Notes under the pieces: generated by a model | Databases searched by the model: none | What the model was told of the DNA's origin: nothing | The model's input: only the letters and a program-made list of their open reading frames with translations | Assembly (NCBI GenBank): GCA_034440375.1 | Contig: JAWXBZ010000023.1 | Span: forward strand, 1-30,837 | DNA: 30,837 nt | DNA from: Candidatus Eiseniibacteriota bacterium | GTDB taxonomy: Bacteria; Eisenbacteria; RBG-16-71-46; JABDJR01; JAWXBZ01 | Reading direction: 5' to 3' | Made by a program: the position numbers and the translations under genes | Part shown: piece by piece, positions 17,035-24,915 of the stretch | Layout of the letters: each line of letters begins with the position of its first letter | Position numbering within the stretch: position 1 is the first letter of the stretch

Positions 17035-18043
17035 GGCTGAAGGACTCCTTCCCATCGAGATAATCGGACAGCCGGGCATCCGGGCGCGTCACCCGGCGCG
17101 CCATGGCCGGTGACAGCTGCTCGCGGGTGAACCCGGGATACGTTCGCTTCAGGACGCTCAGTGATTCCAGTTCGACATCGGGGTCGATCAGCGCCGCCCA
17201 CTGCGGACCCGAAGGCTGGCTGAAGAAGACCAGCACTTCGGCCGCCGGTCCTTCGCTGCCGGCCCGCCAGAAGATGGCGCCCGATTCCAGCGGCCGTCCC
17301 AGCTCGCGATTCAGCATGTCCAGCCAGAAGGCGGCGGCCGGGGTGGTCGTGACGGACGGCGTGGTGGTCGCTCCCGCCCCTTCCGCTCGATTCGCAACAG
17401 CAACCGGCAGTGGCATGGCGAGTCCGTAGCGGGTACCGGAAGGATCGCGGCCACGAAGCGGCGCCGTCGACTCCTCGAGATTCGACAGCACCACTCGCCC
17501 GCGCGCGGCGTCGGTTCCCCCGAAAACAGCGCCCCAAAAATCCTCGGCGCGCGTGGATTGCAGCCAGCGATTCAAGGCGGCCTCGCTCACTTGCTCGTCG
17601 GGCGACGGCGGGGCAGGCTCCCGGCGTACGGCTTCCAGGGCCCCGGCCGGCGTGCCGGCCTCGCGGCACGTCTGGAGCAGCCGTTCCATGATCGGTGTCA
17701 GATCATCCAGCGCGAGAAGCGTGGCGCCGGTCAATGGCCCGAGCGACTCGCACCAGGCCAGGATCGTGAAGGGATGACGGCGGCCGGCGCCATCCTCACC
17801 GGCCACCATGAGACCGTGGAGCCATTTGTGCGAGCGACCGCAATTCCAGAGGAAGCGCCAGGCCGGAAATTCCGCCACCAATCGATCGGCGCGGGGGCCG
17901 AAGCGGGCCTTGGCCAGCCCAAGCCCCTCCCCGACCCAGCGATCAAATCCCGACTCCGACAGGCGACGCGGATCGTCAACCAGGAATTCGCGGCTGACCG
18001 GGAGCTTGCCGAAACACCCGAAGCGCTCGATGCGGAGAGCCAT
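17027..18043 (-). CDS. tagF: T6SS-associated protein TagF (338 aa)
   Basis: FGCFGKLPVSREFL, FDRWVGEGL, WRFL, GLMVAGEDGAGRRHPF; directly downstream of tssM; ATG 18043. Confidence 0.9.
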   Translation of the reverse strand: MALRIERFGCFGKLPVSREFLVDDPRRLSESGFDRWVGEGLGLAKARFGPRADRLVAEFPAWRFLWNCGRSHKWLHGLMVAGEDGAGRRHPFTILAWCESLGPLTGATLLALDDLTPIMERLLQTCREAGTPAGALEAVRREPAPPSPDEQVSEAALNRWLQSTRAEDFWGAVFGGTDAARGRVVLSNLEESTAPLRGRDPSGTRYGLAMPLPVAVANRAEGAGATTTPSVTTTPAAAFWLDMLNRELGRPLESGAIFWRAGSEGPAAEVLVFFSQPSGPQWAALIDPDVELESLSVLKRTYPGFTREQLSPAMARRVTRPDARLSDYLDGKESFSHE

Positions 18044-18053
18044 GGCGTTTTCG

Positions 18054-21000
18054 CTACGGCCCGGAGAGGATGTTGTCGGGGAGAGCCCCCGGGAGCTTGC
18101 GGAACGACGAGCCGCGAACGAACGGACACTCGGCGCCGCCGCGCATCGACACCTCGAACTGGACTTCCAGTCCCGATTCCGGCAACTGCCAGGTGACGAC
18201 GGTTGCTCCGCCCCCCCCGCCGGTTTTCCCCTTGTCAAACAGCTCCGCGATGGCCCATGGGGAGTCGAAGCGGAGCGCGTCGACGGTCTGGTTCTTCCGG
18301 GTGTACTTGAGTTCAATCCCGCAATCGGTTGAGGTGGCACTGCTTGACCATTCGATCGTGGCCTCATCGCCGTCGGACTGGAAGCTCTGCTTCGCGCCGC
18401 TGACGATGACATCGACCTGGTCGACCCGGGAGAGGTTGGCCTCACCCGTGTCGTTCCCTTCGACGGCCGTGACCGAGAGGCGCTTCCAGGTCATCACCGA
18501 CTTGAGCTCGTCGCCGGTCATCCGCACACCGGTGCGAACCTTGGAAAGCCGGGAGAGGAACGAGTCCATCGCTCCACTGAGTGTCTGCCCGGACCGCCGG
18601 GCCTCGGCTGCCGCCGACTCAATGAGGCCGTCCGGTTTGAGGAGACTGAGGACGTCGTCAAAAACGGCCGGGTTTTCAGGACTGCCGCCGAAGGGGTAAC
18701 GATTGGCCAGCCGTTCCTTGACCGGTTCGGCAGCCTCGGCGTCGAACTTCCCCTTGGCGTCCTTGGCGACCGCATCGATGAAGGAGCCCTTCAGGACGCC
18801 CGCCGAGACGTTGGTCGGCGCGTACAGTAGCGCGGCCATGCCGGTTGCCACCGCATTGGCCCGTTCGCGATCGGAGAACTGGTCCACCCAGTCCTGGGCG
18901 TCCTTCAGCGCCCCCTTGGCCGTCTCCTTCGCCGGGTCCTCCGCGCATGCCTGGACATCGCGATAGAGGTCGCCCAGGAGGTCCGCATACTCATCAGCCG
19001 GCGAGGGCTTGTCCTTTTCGGCCACGGCGAAGGTGATCAAGGGCTCCATGGCGTCGTTGATCTTCCGAACGCGCCCCGGGAAGACGCTCTCGGACAGCTT
19101 CTCGTCGAGCTTCGCCGCGGCGGCCGCCGATTCCAGGAGGCCGATCAGCGCCGATCCGTTGCGCTGGCGCAACTTCTTGAGCAGGGGCTCGAACTCGGCG
19201 CAGTCGTTCACCGCCGGGAGTCGAACGACCTCGATGAAGTCGGCCCATTCGCGCGGGTACTCCTCCGTGTAGAGGTCAAAGACCTGGTCGGTGGATGGCG
19301 GTGGTCCGCTCGTAGCCACGCCGATCCGAGTCAGCATCTTCCGATCCTTCTCGAGCGTGCTCTTGAGATCCTTCAGGCTGGTGCTCACGCACCCCTCGAA
19401 TCCGGCCTTGGTGAACGCCGCACGGATTCGCGCCGATTCCGGTGCCGAAAGCACGCGACCGTTGTTCGACAGGTCTTCCAGGCGGAGATCCTTGCAGCCG
19501 CGGCTGGCCGCGGCGATGAGACCATCGAGCATCGCGTCCGGGCGGTGCGTCTCGGCCAGGCGGCGCCCGCCGGTCACGAGATCGTTGCGCCGGCTTTCGA
19601 AACTGCGCAACGGCTGTTTCGAACCGAGGTATTCCTCGACGATGCCGGTGAGCGGTCCCATGGCCTTCGCCTCGTTCCCGGTGAAGCCGTAGTCGGCCAG
19701 GATGGCGGCCAGTTCCTCCGGTGTGCCGAATTCTTTTGCATTGTCCGGATCGAGGAGCATCAGTTCCGCAGTCAGCGCCCGGCGGACGCGGTCGGCATCG
19801 AGATCGAAGGGCGTGGCCAGGTCCCGGGCGATGTCCTGCTCGATCGGGACGAGCACCTGGTTCCGTGACACGCGCGAGTAGACCGACAAGGCCGAATCCC
19901 GCACGCTGTTGGCCACGACAAGGGGAAAGGCCTGCCACCCGCGGCGGGCCGACACGCGGATCCCGTCGAGCCGAACGAGGAGGTCGGCATCGGCGGCCCC
20001 ACCACCGGCCGGCAGCGCGGTCACGGCATTTTTGGTGGCTCCCATCCGCCCTCCCAGGCGAACGCACGAGCCGACGATCCAGGCGCTCGACAGGAGCGAG
20101 AGTGCCAACAGGCCGGTCGACGCGGCAAACGAGAACCGGTGGTACTTGCGCCGGGCGGCATCCGTCTTGCCGATCAGCTCCCGATCCCCCTTCAGGACCT
20201 TTGTGAAGAGGTCGCGCACGAAGAAGGCGTCTTCCTTCTCCGGCTGCACTTCGGCCACGACGCGGGAACCGCCGAGCATCGACTGGATCTGGCTGATGAT
20301 CATGTCGAACGGGCGTCCCATCTGGCGGCCGCTCGAAAAGTAGACGCCGCGGAAGATCGGCATGTCCTTCTTGAACGGGTTCACCTCGAAGAGCGTTTCG
20401 ATGAAGAGGTGGGCCCGGTTTTCGAGCGCCGCGAACTCCTCGGGAAAGAGGAAGGCGCGCCCCCAGGAATCCCCCTGCTCGAGGCGCCCCATGCGCCGGA
20501 TGCGGTACTCCCGGAGCCGGCGCACCAGGGCCGCGAAGCCGGCCCGAAACCGATCACCGACCGGCTGCCCCGCCGGCCCCTCGACCGCGTAGGCGGTGCC
20601 CCAGACCTGTTGCCGTTCGGCCGGCGAGAGGCTGGAGAAGAATTCGACGAAGCCGGAGATCAGGTCGCACTTGGTAAAGAGGACATAGACCGGGAACGAC
20701 CAGTGAAGCTTCTCCATCATCTCGTCGAGACGCTGGCGCAGCTCGCGCGCCTCGTGAACGAGCTGGTTCTCGTCCAGCTGCCCCAGCGATTCCGCGCTGT
20801 AGCCGAGGATCAAGCCGTTGATCGGACCCTTCGGCCGGTTCTTGCGCAATAGCTCGAGGCAGCCGAACCATTCGGATTCAGCCTCGGTCCGGTCTTCACT
20901 CAGCGCGTAGCGGCCGGCCGTGTCGAGCAGGATGGCGTCGGTGGAAAACCAGAAATCCCACTGGCGCGTGCCGCCGGTTCCGCGCATCCGCTTGGCCGCG

Positions 21001-21446
21001 GTGAGGCCTGGAAAGTTGAGCCCCGAGTTGACGATCAGCGTCGTCTTGCCGATGCCGGGTGGTCCGATGACCAGGTACCAGGGGAGGTCGTAGAGCGCCC
21101 GCTTCCCCTGGGGCGAATTGTTCAGCGTGGCCATCGCCTCGAGGAGGCTCTTCCGGATTTCCTCCAGGTCGCCGCGGCGGGCGGGCGCGGCGTTCTCGAC
21201 GCCCCACTGCGCCTGCTTCAGCAACCCCTGCTCGATCGCCTTCGCGCGGCGCCGCGCCGCCAGCCAGCTCCAGAGGATGACAATGGCCCAGATCAGCAGC
21301 AGCCCGAGGACGAGAACCCAGAAAATCCAGGGTGGCAATTTGGCGAGGAAGGGGACCCGCGGTCGGGCCAGGAAAAAAACCGACAGGATCAGAACGATCG
21401 GCAGGCCGAACGGCAGCAGGGTTCGCATGACCAGGCTCATGAACAT
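18054..21446 (-). CDS. tssM: T6SS membrane complex subunit TssM (IcmF)
   Basis: Two N-terminal TMs, LYDLPWYLVIGPPGIGKTT, LLDTAGRY, PINGLIL, FPVYVLFTKCDLISGF, FRGVYFSSG, third TM, periplasmic RYPF and PWAIAELFD. Confidence 0.96.
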   Translation of the reverse strand: MFMSLVMRTLLPFGLPIVLILSVFFLARPRVPFLAKLPPWIFWVLVLGLLLIWAIVILWSWLAARRRAKAIEQGLLKQAQWGVENAAPARRGDLEEIRKSLLEAMATLNNSPQGKRALYDLPWYLVIGPPGIGKTTLIVNSGLNFPGLTAAKRMRGTGGTRQWDFWFSTDAILLDTAGRYALSEDRTEAESEWFGCLELLRKNRPKGPINGLILGYSAESLGQLDENQLVHEARELRQRLDEMMEKLHWSFPVYVLFTKCDLISGFVEFFSSLSPAERQQVWGTAYAVEGPAGQPVGDRFRAGFAALVRRLREYRIRRMGRLEQGDSWGRAFLFPEEFAALENRAHLFIETLFEVNPFKKDMPIFRGVYFSSGRQMGRPFDMIISQIQSMLGGSRVVAEVQPEKEDAFFVRDLFTKVLKGDRELIGKTDAARRKYHRFSFAASTGLLALSLLSSAWIVGSCVRLGGRMGATKNAVTALPAGGGAADADLLVRLDGIRVSARRGWQAFPLVVANSVRDSALSVYSRVSRNQVLVPIEQDIARDLATPFDLDADRVRRALTAELMLLDPDNAKEFGTPEELAAILADYGFTGNEAKAMGPLTGIVEEYLGSKQPLRSFESRRNDLVTGGRRLAETHRPDAMLDGLIAAASRGCKDLRLEDLSNNGRVLSAPESARIRAAFTKAGFEGCVSTSLKDLKSTLEKDRKMLTRIGVATSGPPPSTDQVFDLYTEEYPREWADFIEVVRLPAVNDCAEFEPLLKKLRQRNGSALIGLLESAAAAAKLDEKLSESVFPGRVRKINDAMEPLITFAVAEKDKPSPADEYADLLGDLYRDVQACAEDPAKETAKGALKDAQDWVDQFSDRERANAVATGMAALLYAPTNVSAGVLKGSFIDAVAKDAKGKFDAEAAEPVKERLANRYPFGGSPENPAVFDDVLSLLKPDGLIESAAAEARRSGQTLSGAMDSFLSRLSKVRTGVRMTGDELKSVMTWKRLSVTAVEGNDTGEANLSRVDQVDVIVSGAKQSFQSDGDEATIEWSSSATSTDCGIELKYTRKNQTVDALRFDSPWAIAELFDKGKTGGGGGATVVTWQLPESGLEVQFEVSMRGGAECPFVRGSSFRKLPGALPDNILSGP

Positions 21447-21448
21447 GT

Positions 21449-22168
21449 TCAGTGCCCCGCCAGCGCGTTCAGGATGCTGTCGCGATTCCGGTCGATGACC
21501 CCGTAGGCCAGGAGCATCACGAGGAGCGGCAGGAAAATCGCGGTGATCACGACGGCCGGCCAGGGGAATGCGCGGAGCCGGTTCACGGCCCCTTCGCTCT
21601 CGGCCAGCTGTCCTTCCGGCGAGAGGATCTTGATCGGGGCCGACAACTCCGGCGCCAGGTCCTCCACCAGCTTGTGCAACTGGGCGGGCTCCTCGACCAA
21701 CTTTCCCTGGAAACCGGCAACAAGGCAGTAATAGAACACTTCGAGCGCTTCGGGACGCGCCGTTCCGCCTCTCCGGATCTGGTTCAGCTTGTCGAAGAAG
21801 CCGATGCCCACGAATTCATCCTGGCACCAGGTCCTGGCCAGGGTGTCGCGCTCCCAGGCGTCGCGGCCGGCAAATCGTGCGTTGAGGAGAATCTCATCGA
21901 TGGTGGCGGCGAGGGCATAGGTGGCGTCATCCACATCGGTACCCGAGGCGCCCTGGTCGCGCGCCCTGGCACGAAAATCGCCGATCAGCCGCTCCACGGT
22001 CAGGCGGAGTTCCTTGAACTGATCCAGATCCGTCGATCGACGCAGCAGCAGAATCAGGGAGAGGAGTGACCCGGCGGCGTCGGCCAGGCGCGGTGCCACC
22101 TCGAGGCGGGCTGCCCTTGGCGCCGCCGGAACGGCCGGGGCTTTCTTCTTCGCCAGAAGCGCCGTCAT
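21449..22168 (-). CDS. tssL: T6SS membrane subunit TssL (DotU), no OmpA extension
   Basis: YALAATIDEILL, GIGFFDKL, EVFYYCLVAGFQGK, C-terminal TM; ATGA overlap with tssK. Confidence 0.93.
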   Translation of the reverse strand: MTALLAKKKAPAVPAAPRAARLEVAPRLADAAGSLLSLILLLRRSTDLDQFKELRLTVERLIGDFRARARDQGASGTDVDDATYALAATIDEILLNARFAGRDAWERDTLARTWCQDEFVGIGFFDKLNQIRRGGTARPEALEVFYYCLVAGFQGKLVEEPAQLHKLVEDLAPELSAPIKILSPEGQLAESEGAVNRLRAFPWPAVVITAIFLPLLVMLLAYGVIDRNRDSILNALAGH

Positions 22169-23535
22169 GAACGGGCCTCAAGGCCGAGCAACTCGATCTG
22201 CGCCGCCTGCAGTTCGGTGGGAATATCAATGGCCAGGTTCAGGGCCGCCCGAATCGCCTCCCAGTCGGCGCCGCGGGAATCAAGCTGGAAGTACCAGGTG
22301 TTGCGCCGCCTGGGAATGGCCGGCGGCGGCACCGGCAGCGGGTGGAGCGCGAGGCCCGGCAGGCGATTGTTGAGCTTCTGCTGGATCTTGTCCTGCGAGG
22401 CCACCACCAGTCGGCGCACGCCTCCGGAAACGTCGGCCTCGCCGAGACTCTCCCCGCCGACCGTCAGGATCAACGCGGCTCCCGGCTCGAAGAACGTGGC
22501 ACGCGGAATGCGGGCATTGACGCGGCCTTCACCTGCCGGCACCAGCGGAATCACCTCGTAACCCTGCGACACCTCGAGTTCCAGGAGGTCGAGCAGGATC
22601 CGTTCGAGCGTCTTCATCACCGGGCCTGGCTCGAAGTGGTCGTAGTCGGGCAGGTCGCGCGGATGAAGGCGCCGGGCGTTGAACGTGGCCAACTGACCGG
22701 CCAGCGCGGCCAGGAATCGGTGCAGCGTTTCCGGATGCACCAATGGAGCGCTGCGGAAGTGTGCCAGGGGCGGTATGGCCCCGTTGACGACAAAGAAATT
22801 CATGAAGGCCCGGAGATTGGCGTTGGTGACATCGCGGGCATCGGAGCCGGCTTCCGTGAAGCGGGCACCCAGTTCGGAGGAACGCGCCGACAGCCGTTCC
22901 ACGAGGCCGCGGACCATTTCGGTCACCACCGCGGACGCCTTGATGTTCAGCAGCGGCGGCACGAAGTCCGCGTGGAGCTGGTACCCGCCGGAGGAACTCC
23001 GGACGATTCGCGCCAGCGGCAGGGTCTCAAAATTGTCTCGCTGATCGCTCGACTGAAGTAACCGGAGGTTCTGGTCCGCGCGCAGGATCGGCCGATCGTT
23101 CTTTCCGCTGTTCTCATCCGGAACGGTGACCGGCCGGGCCACATAACGGACCTCGCCGGCGGCATCGCCCGACTCGCCGGGCAGCAGGCAGTTGGCCCAG
23201 CCGTTTCGGCGCAACGGCAGTCCAAGGAAGATATCCATCGACTCGGCGCGACCGTCGAAGGTGTCCTTGAACGAAATCGAGGCCGGCAACGGATCGATGT
23301 CGGGGGCTTCGATGCGCGCACCGCCCGGCAGCATTGCTGACAGCGTGAGGAGCCGAAAGGTGCCCCGCGCCAGCATCTCGCTGTCCAGGGACAGGTCGTG
23401 AATTCCCCACGGCCACACCTGCGTCAATCGCCGGGCACCGGCATTCTCCGACTCCTGAAACAGATCCCATTGCTGAAAGTGCTGGGGCAGCAGGAATTGC
23501 CCCTCACTCCAGAGAATGCGGTGAAAACGGCTCAT
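22165..23535 (-). CDS. tssK: T6SS baseplate subunit TssK
   Basis: ILWSEGQFLLPQHFQQWD, DFVPPLL, HPETLHRFLAALAGQL, LPDYDH, LPGLALHPLPVPPPAIP..WYFQL. Confidence 0.96.
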   Translation of the reverse strand: MSRFHRILWSEGQFLLPQHFQQWDLFQESENAGARRLTQVWPWGIHDLSLDSEMLARGTFRLLTLSAMLPGGARIEAPDIDPLPASISFKDTFDGRAESMDIFLGLPLRRNGWANCLLPGESGDAAGEVRYVARPVTVPDENSGKNDRPILRADQNLRLLQSSDQRDNFETLPLARIVRSSSGGYQLHADFVPPLLNIKASAVVTEMVRGLVERLSARSSELGARFTEAGSDARDVTNANLRAFMNFFVVNGAIPPLAHFRSAPLVHPETLHRFLAALAGQLATFNARRLHPRDLPDYDHFEPGPVMKTLERILLDLLELEVSQGYEVIPLVPAGEGRVNARIPRATFFEPGAALILTVGGESLGEADVSGGVRRLVVASQDKIQQKLNNRLPGLALHPLPVPPPAIPRRRNTWYFQLDSRGADWEAIRAALNLAIDIPTELQAAQIELLGLEARS

Positions 23536-23545
23536 TGATCCTTCC

Positions 23546-24019
23546 TCAATCCTTCTTGATGACGAGGCACGACTCCTCGACTGTCACCTTGAGTTTCAGC
23601 GTCTGCCCCTTCTTGACCGGCAGCTTCTGGCGCGTGCAGGCGCCGCCTTTCAGGTTGGCCACCAGCACGATCCAGCGGATCGACTCATCAGGGGCCTCCT
23701 TGAGAATCACGACCGGCTCGTCGGGATAGACCGGGTTGATCTCCTTCATGACGATGCCGGCCACGCCGGCCAGCTTTTCCTCGGCCTTGCTGCGACTGAC
23801 CAGGTCGCTCGCTTCGAAGGCGTCGATGGCCGATTCCTGGCTCAGGTAGTAGATGCCGACCCATGCCGGCTGCTTCTGGTCCGCGCCTCGTTCCAGATCC
23901 GCGCGGATGTAGGAATCGCCGCCACATCCGAAACAGCCGGAGAGCAGGAGGGTCATGAGCCCCATGCCAGCCGACAGCAACCAGGAAGCCGCCGAACGTT
24001 GCCAAAAGGAAATTCTCAC
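23546..24019 (-). CDS. tssJ: TssJ-like outer-membrane lipoprotein
   Basis: Lipobox LLSG-C; PAWVGIYYLSQ...SDL...EINPVYPDE...IRWIVLVANL parallels TssJ; lies immediately upstream of tssK-L-M. Confidence 0.7.
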   Translation of the reverse strand: MRISFWQRSAASWLLSAGMGLMTLLLSGCFGCGGDSYIRADLERGADQKQPAWVGIYYLSQESAIDAFEASDLVSRSKAEEKLAGVAGIVMKEINPVYPDEPVVILKEAPDESIRWIVLVANLKGGACTRQKLPVKKGQTLKLKVTVEESCLVIKKD

Positions 24020-24915
24020 GATCGTCCCTCCATTTTTTCCACGTAGATGCGTCGGAACACATCGCGATAGTAGTGTTCCACATTCTTGTCAAGTTCATCC
24101 CAGAACTGTTCATAGCGTCGGCGCTGCTCCTTGAGCACCGCCGCCTCGCGGAGGCCCGGAAGGCGTTTCGGCACCGCGGCTTCGATCTTTCGGGGATCGA
24201 GTTCTTCGAGGACCCCCTGTGTGCCGGCCTTCCATGATTGCGCGAGGCCGGCCAGCAGGGCGGCCGGGAGCCTCGTCATCGCGCCGAGCCGCCGCTCCAG
24301 CTCGGCGACCACCGTCTCGGGGCTCCCCTCCCCTTTCGCCAGCTTCCGGAGAAGATCGGCCACGGAAGGCACGGCACCGGCCGCGCGACCCAGCGTTTCG
24401 TCGACACCGGTCATGGCCGTTTCCTGAGCCTGGACGAACGCCATCAGCCGGACGATGGCCGGCGTCAGCCGCCGAATGCCGTCGGCATCCATCAGGGTGC
24501 CGAGGAGTCCGTCGGCCGCCGCCCCCTTCGACCCACCCGTGTTGTCGAGGATACCCGCCAGCAGCACCTCGGCGGCGCGCATGCGGGCTTTCAGATTGTC
24601 GCGTTCCATGGCAAGGCTCTCGGCCCGCGCCTCAAGTTCCTTGCGGCTCGATTCCGATTCGAGGAGGCGGTTCGTCGCCTCATAGACGCGGTCTGGAAAG
24701 CGGGCTCGGAGTTCATCCACGTAAACGCGGGCCGCCAACGCGTCGAGTCCAGCCACCGATTCGTGCAGGATCTTGCGCAGCGATGCCTTTCGCTGATTCT
24801 CGGTCCGGTATTCCGGCGAGACCAGCGCCACGCGCAGCCTCCGTGCGGTTTCGGCCGGGCCGACACGGGCGCCGCGGAAAACTCGATTCCGCCGGGTCTC
24901 GCTCCCCGTGCTCAC
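24016..24915 (-). CDS. Coiled-coil protein with a TagH/Fha C-terminal-like domain, lacking an FHA domain (299 aa)
   Basis: ALLAGL...GVLEELDPRKIEAA...AAVLKEQRRRYEQFWDE...YRDVFRRIYVEKM resembles the C-terminal helical domain of T6SS Fha/TagH; sits in the usual fha position before tssJ; GTGA overlaps on both sides. Confidence 0.55.
   Translation of the reverse strand: MSTGSETRRNRVFRGARVGPAETARRLRVALVSPEYRTENQRKASLRKILHESVAGLDALAARVYVDELRARFPDRVYEATNRLLESESSRKELEARAESLAMERDNLKARMRAAEVLLAGILDNTGGSKGAAADGLLGTLMDADGIRRLTPAIVRLMAFVQAQETAMTGVDETLGRAAGAVPSVADLLRKLAKGEGSPETVVAELERRLGAMTRLPAALLAGLAQSWKAGTQGVLEELDPRKIEAAVPKRLPGLREAAVLKEQRRRYEQFWDELDKNVEHYYRDVFRRIYVEKMEGRS

Noticed and set aside
18044-18445. 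ORF-track N-terminal extension of tagF
   Set aside because: Overlaps the tssM 3' end in another frame; TagF motifs begin right after ATG 18043.
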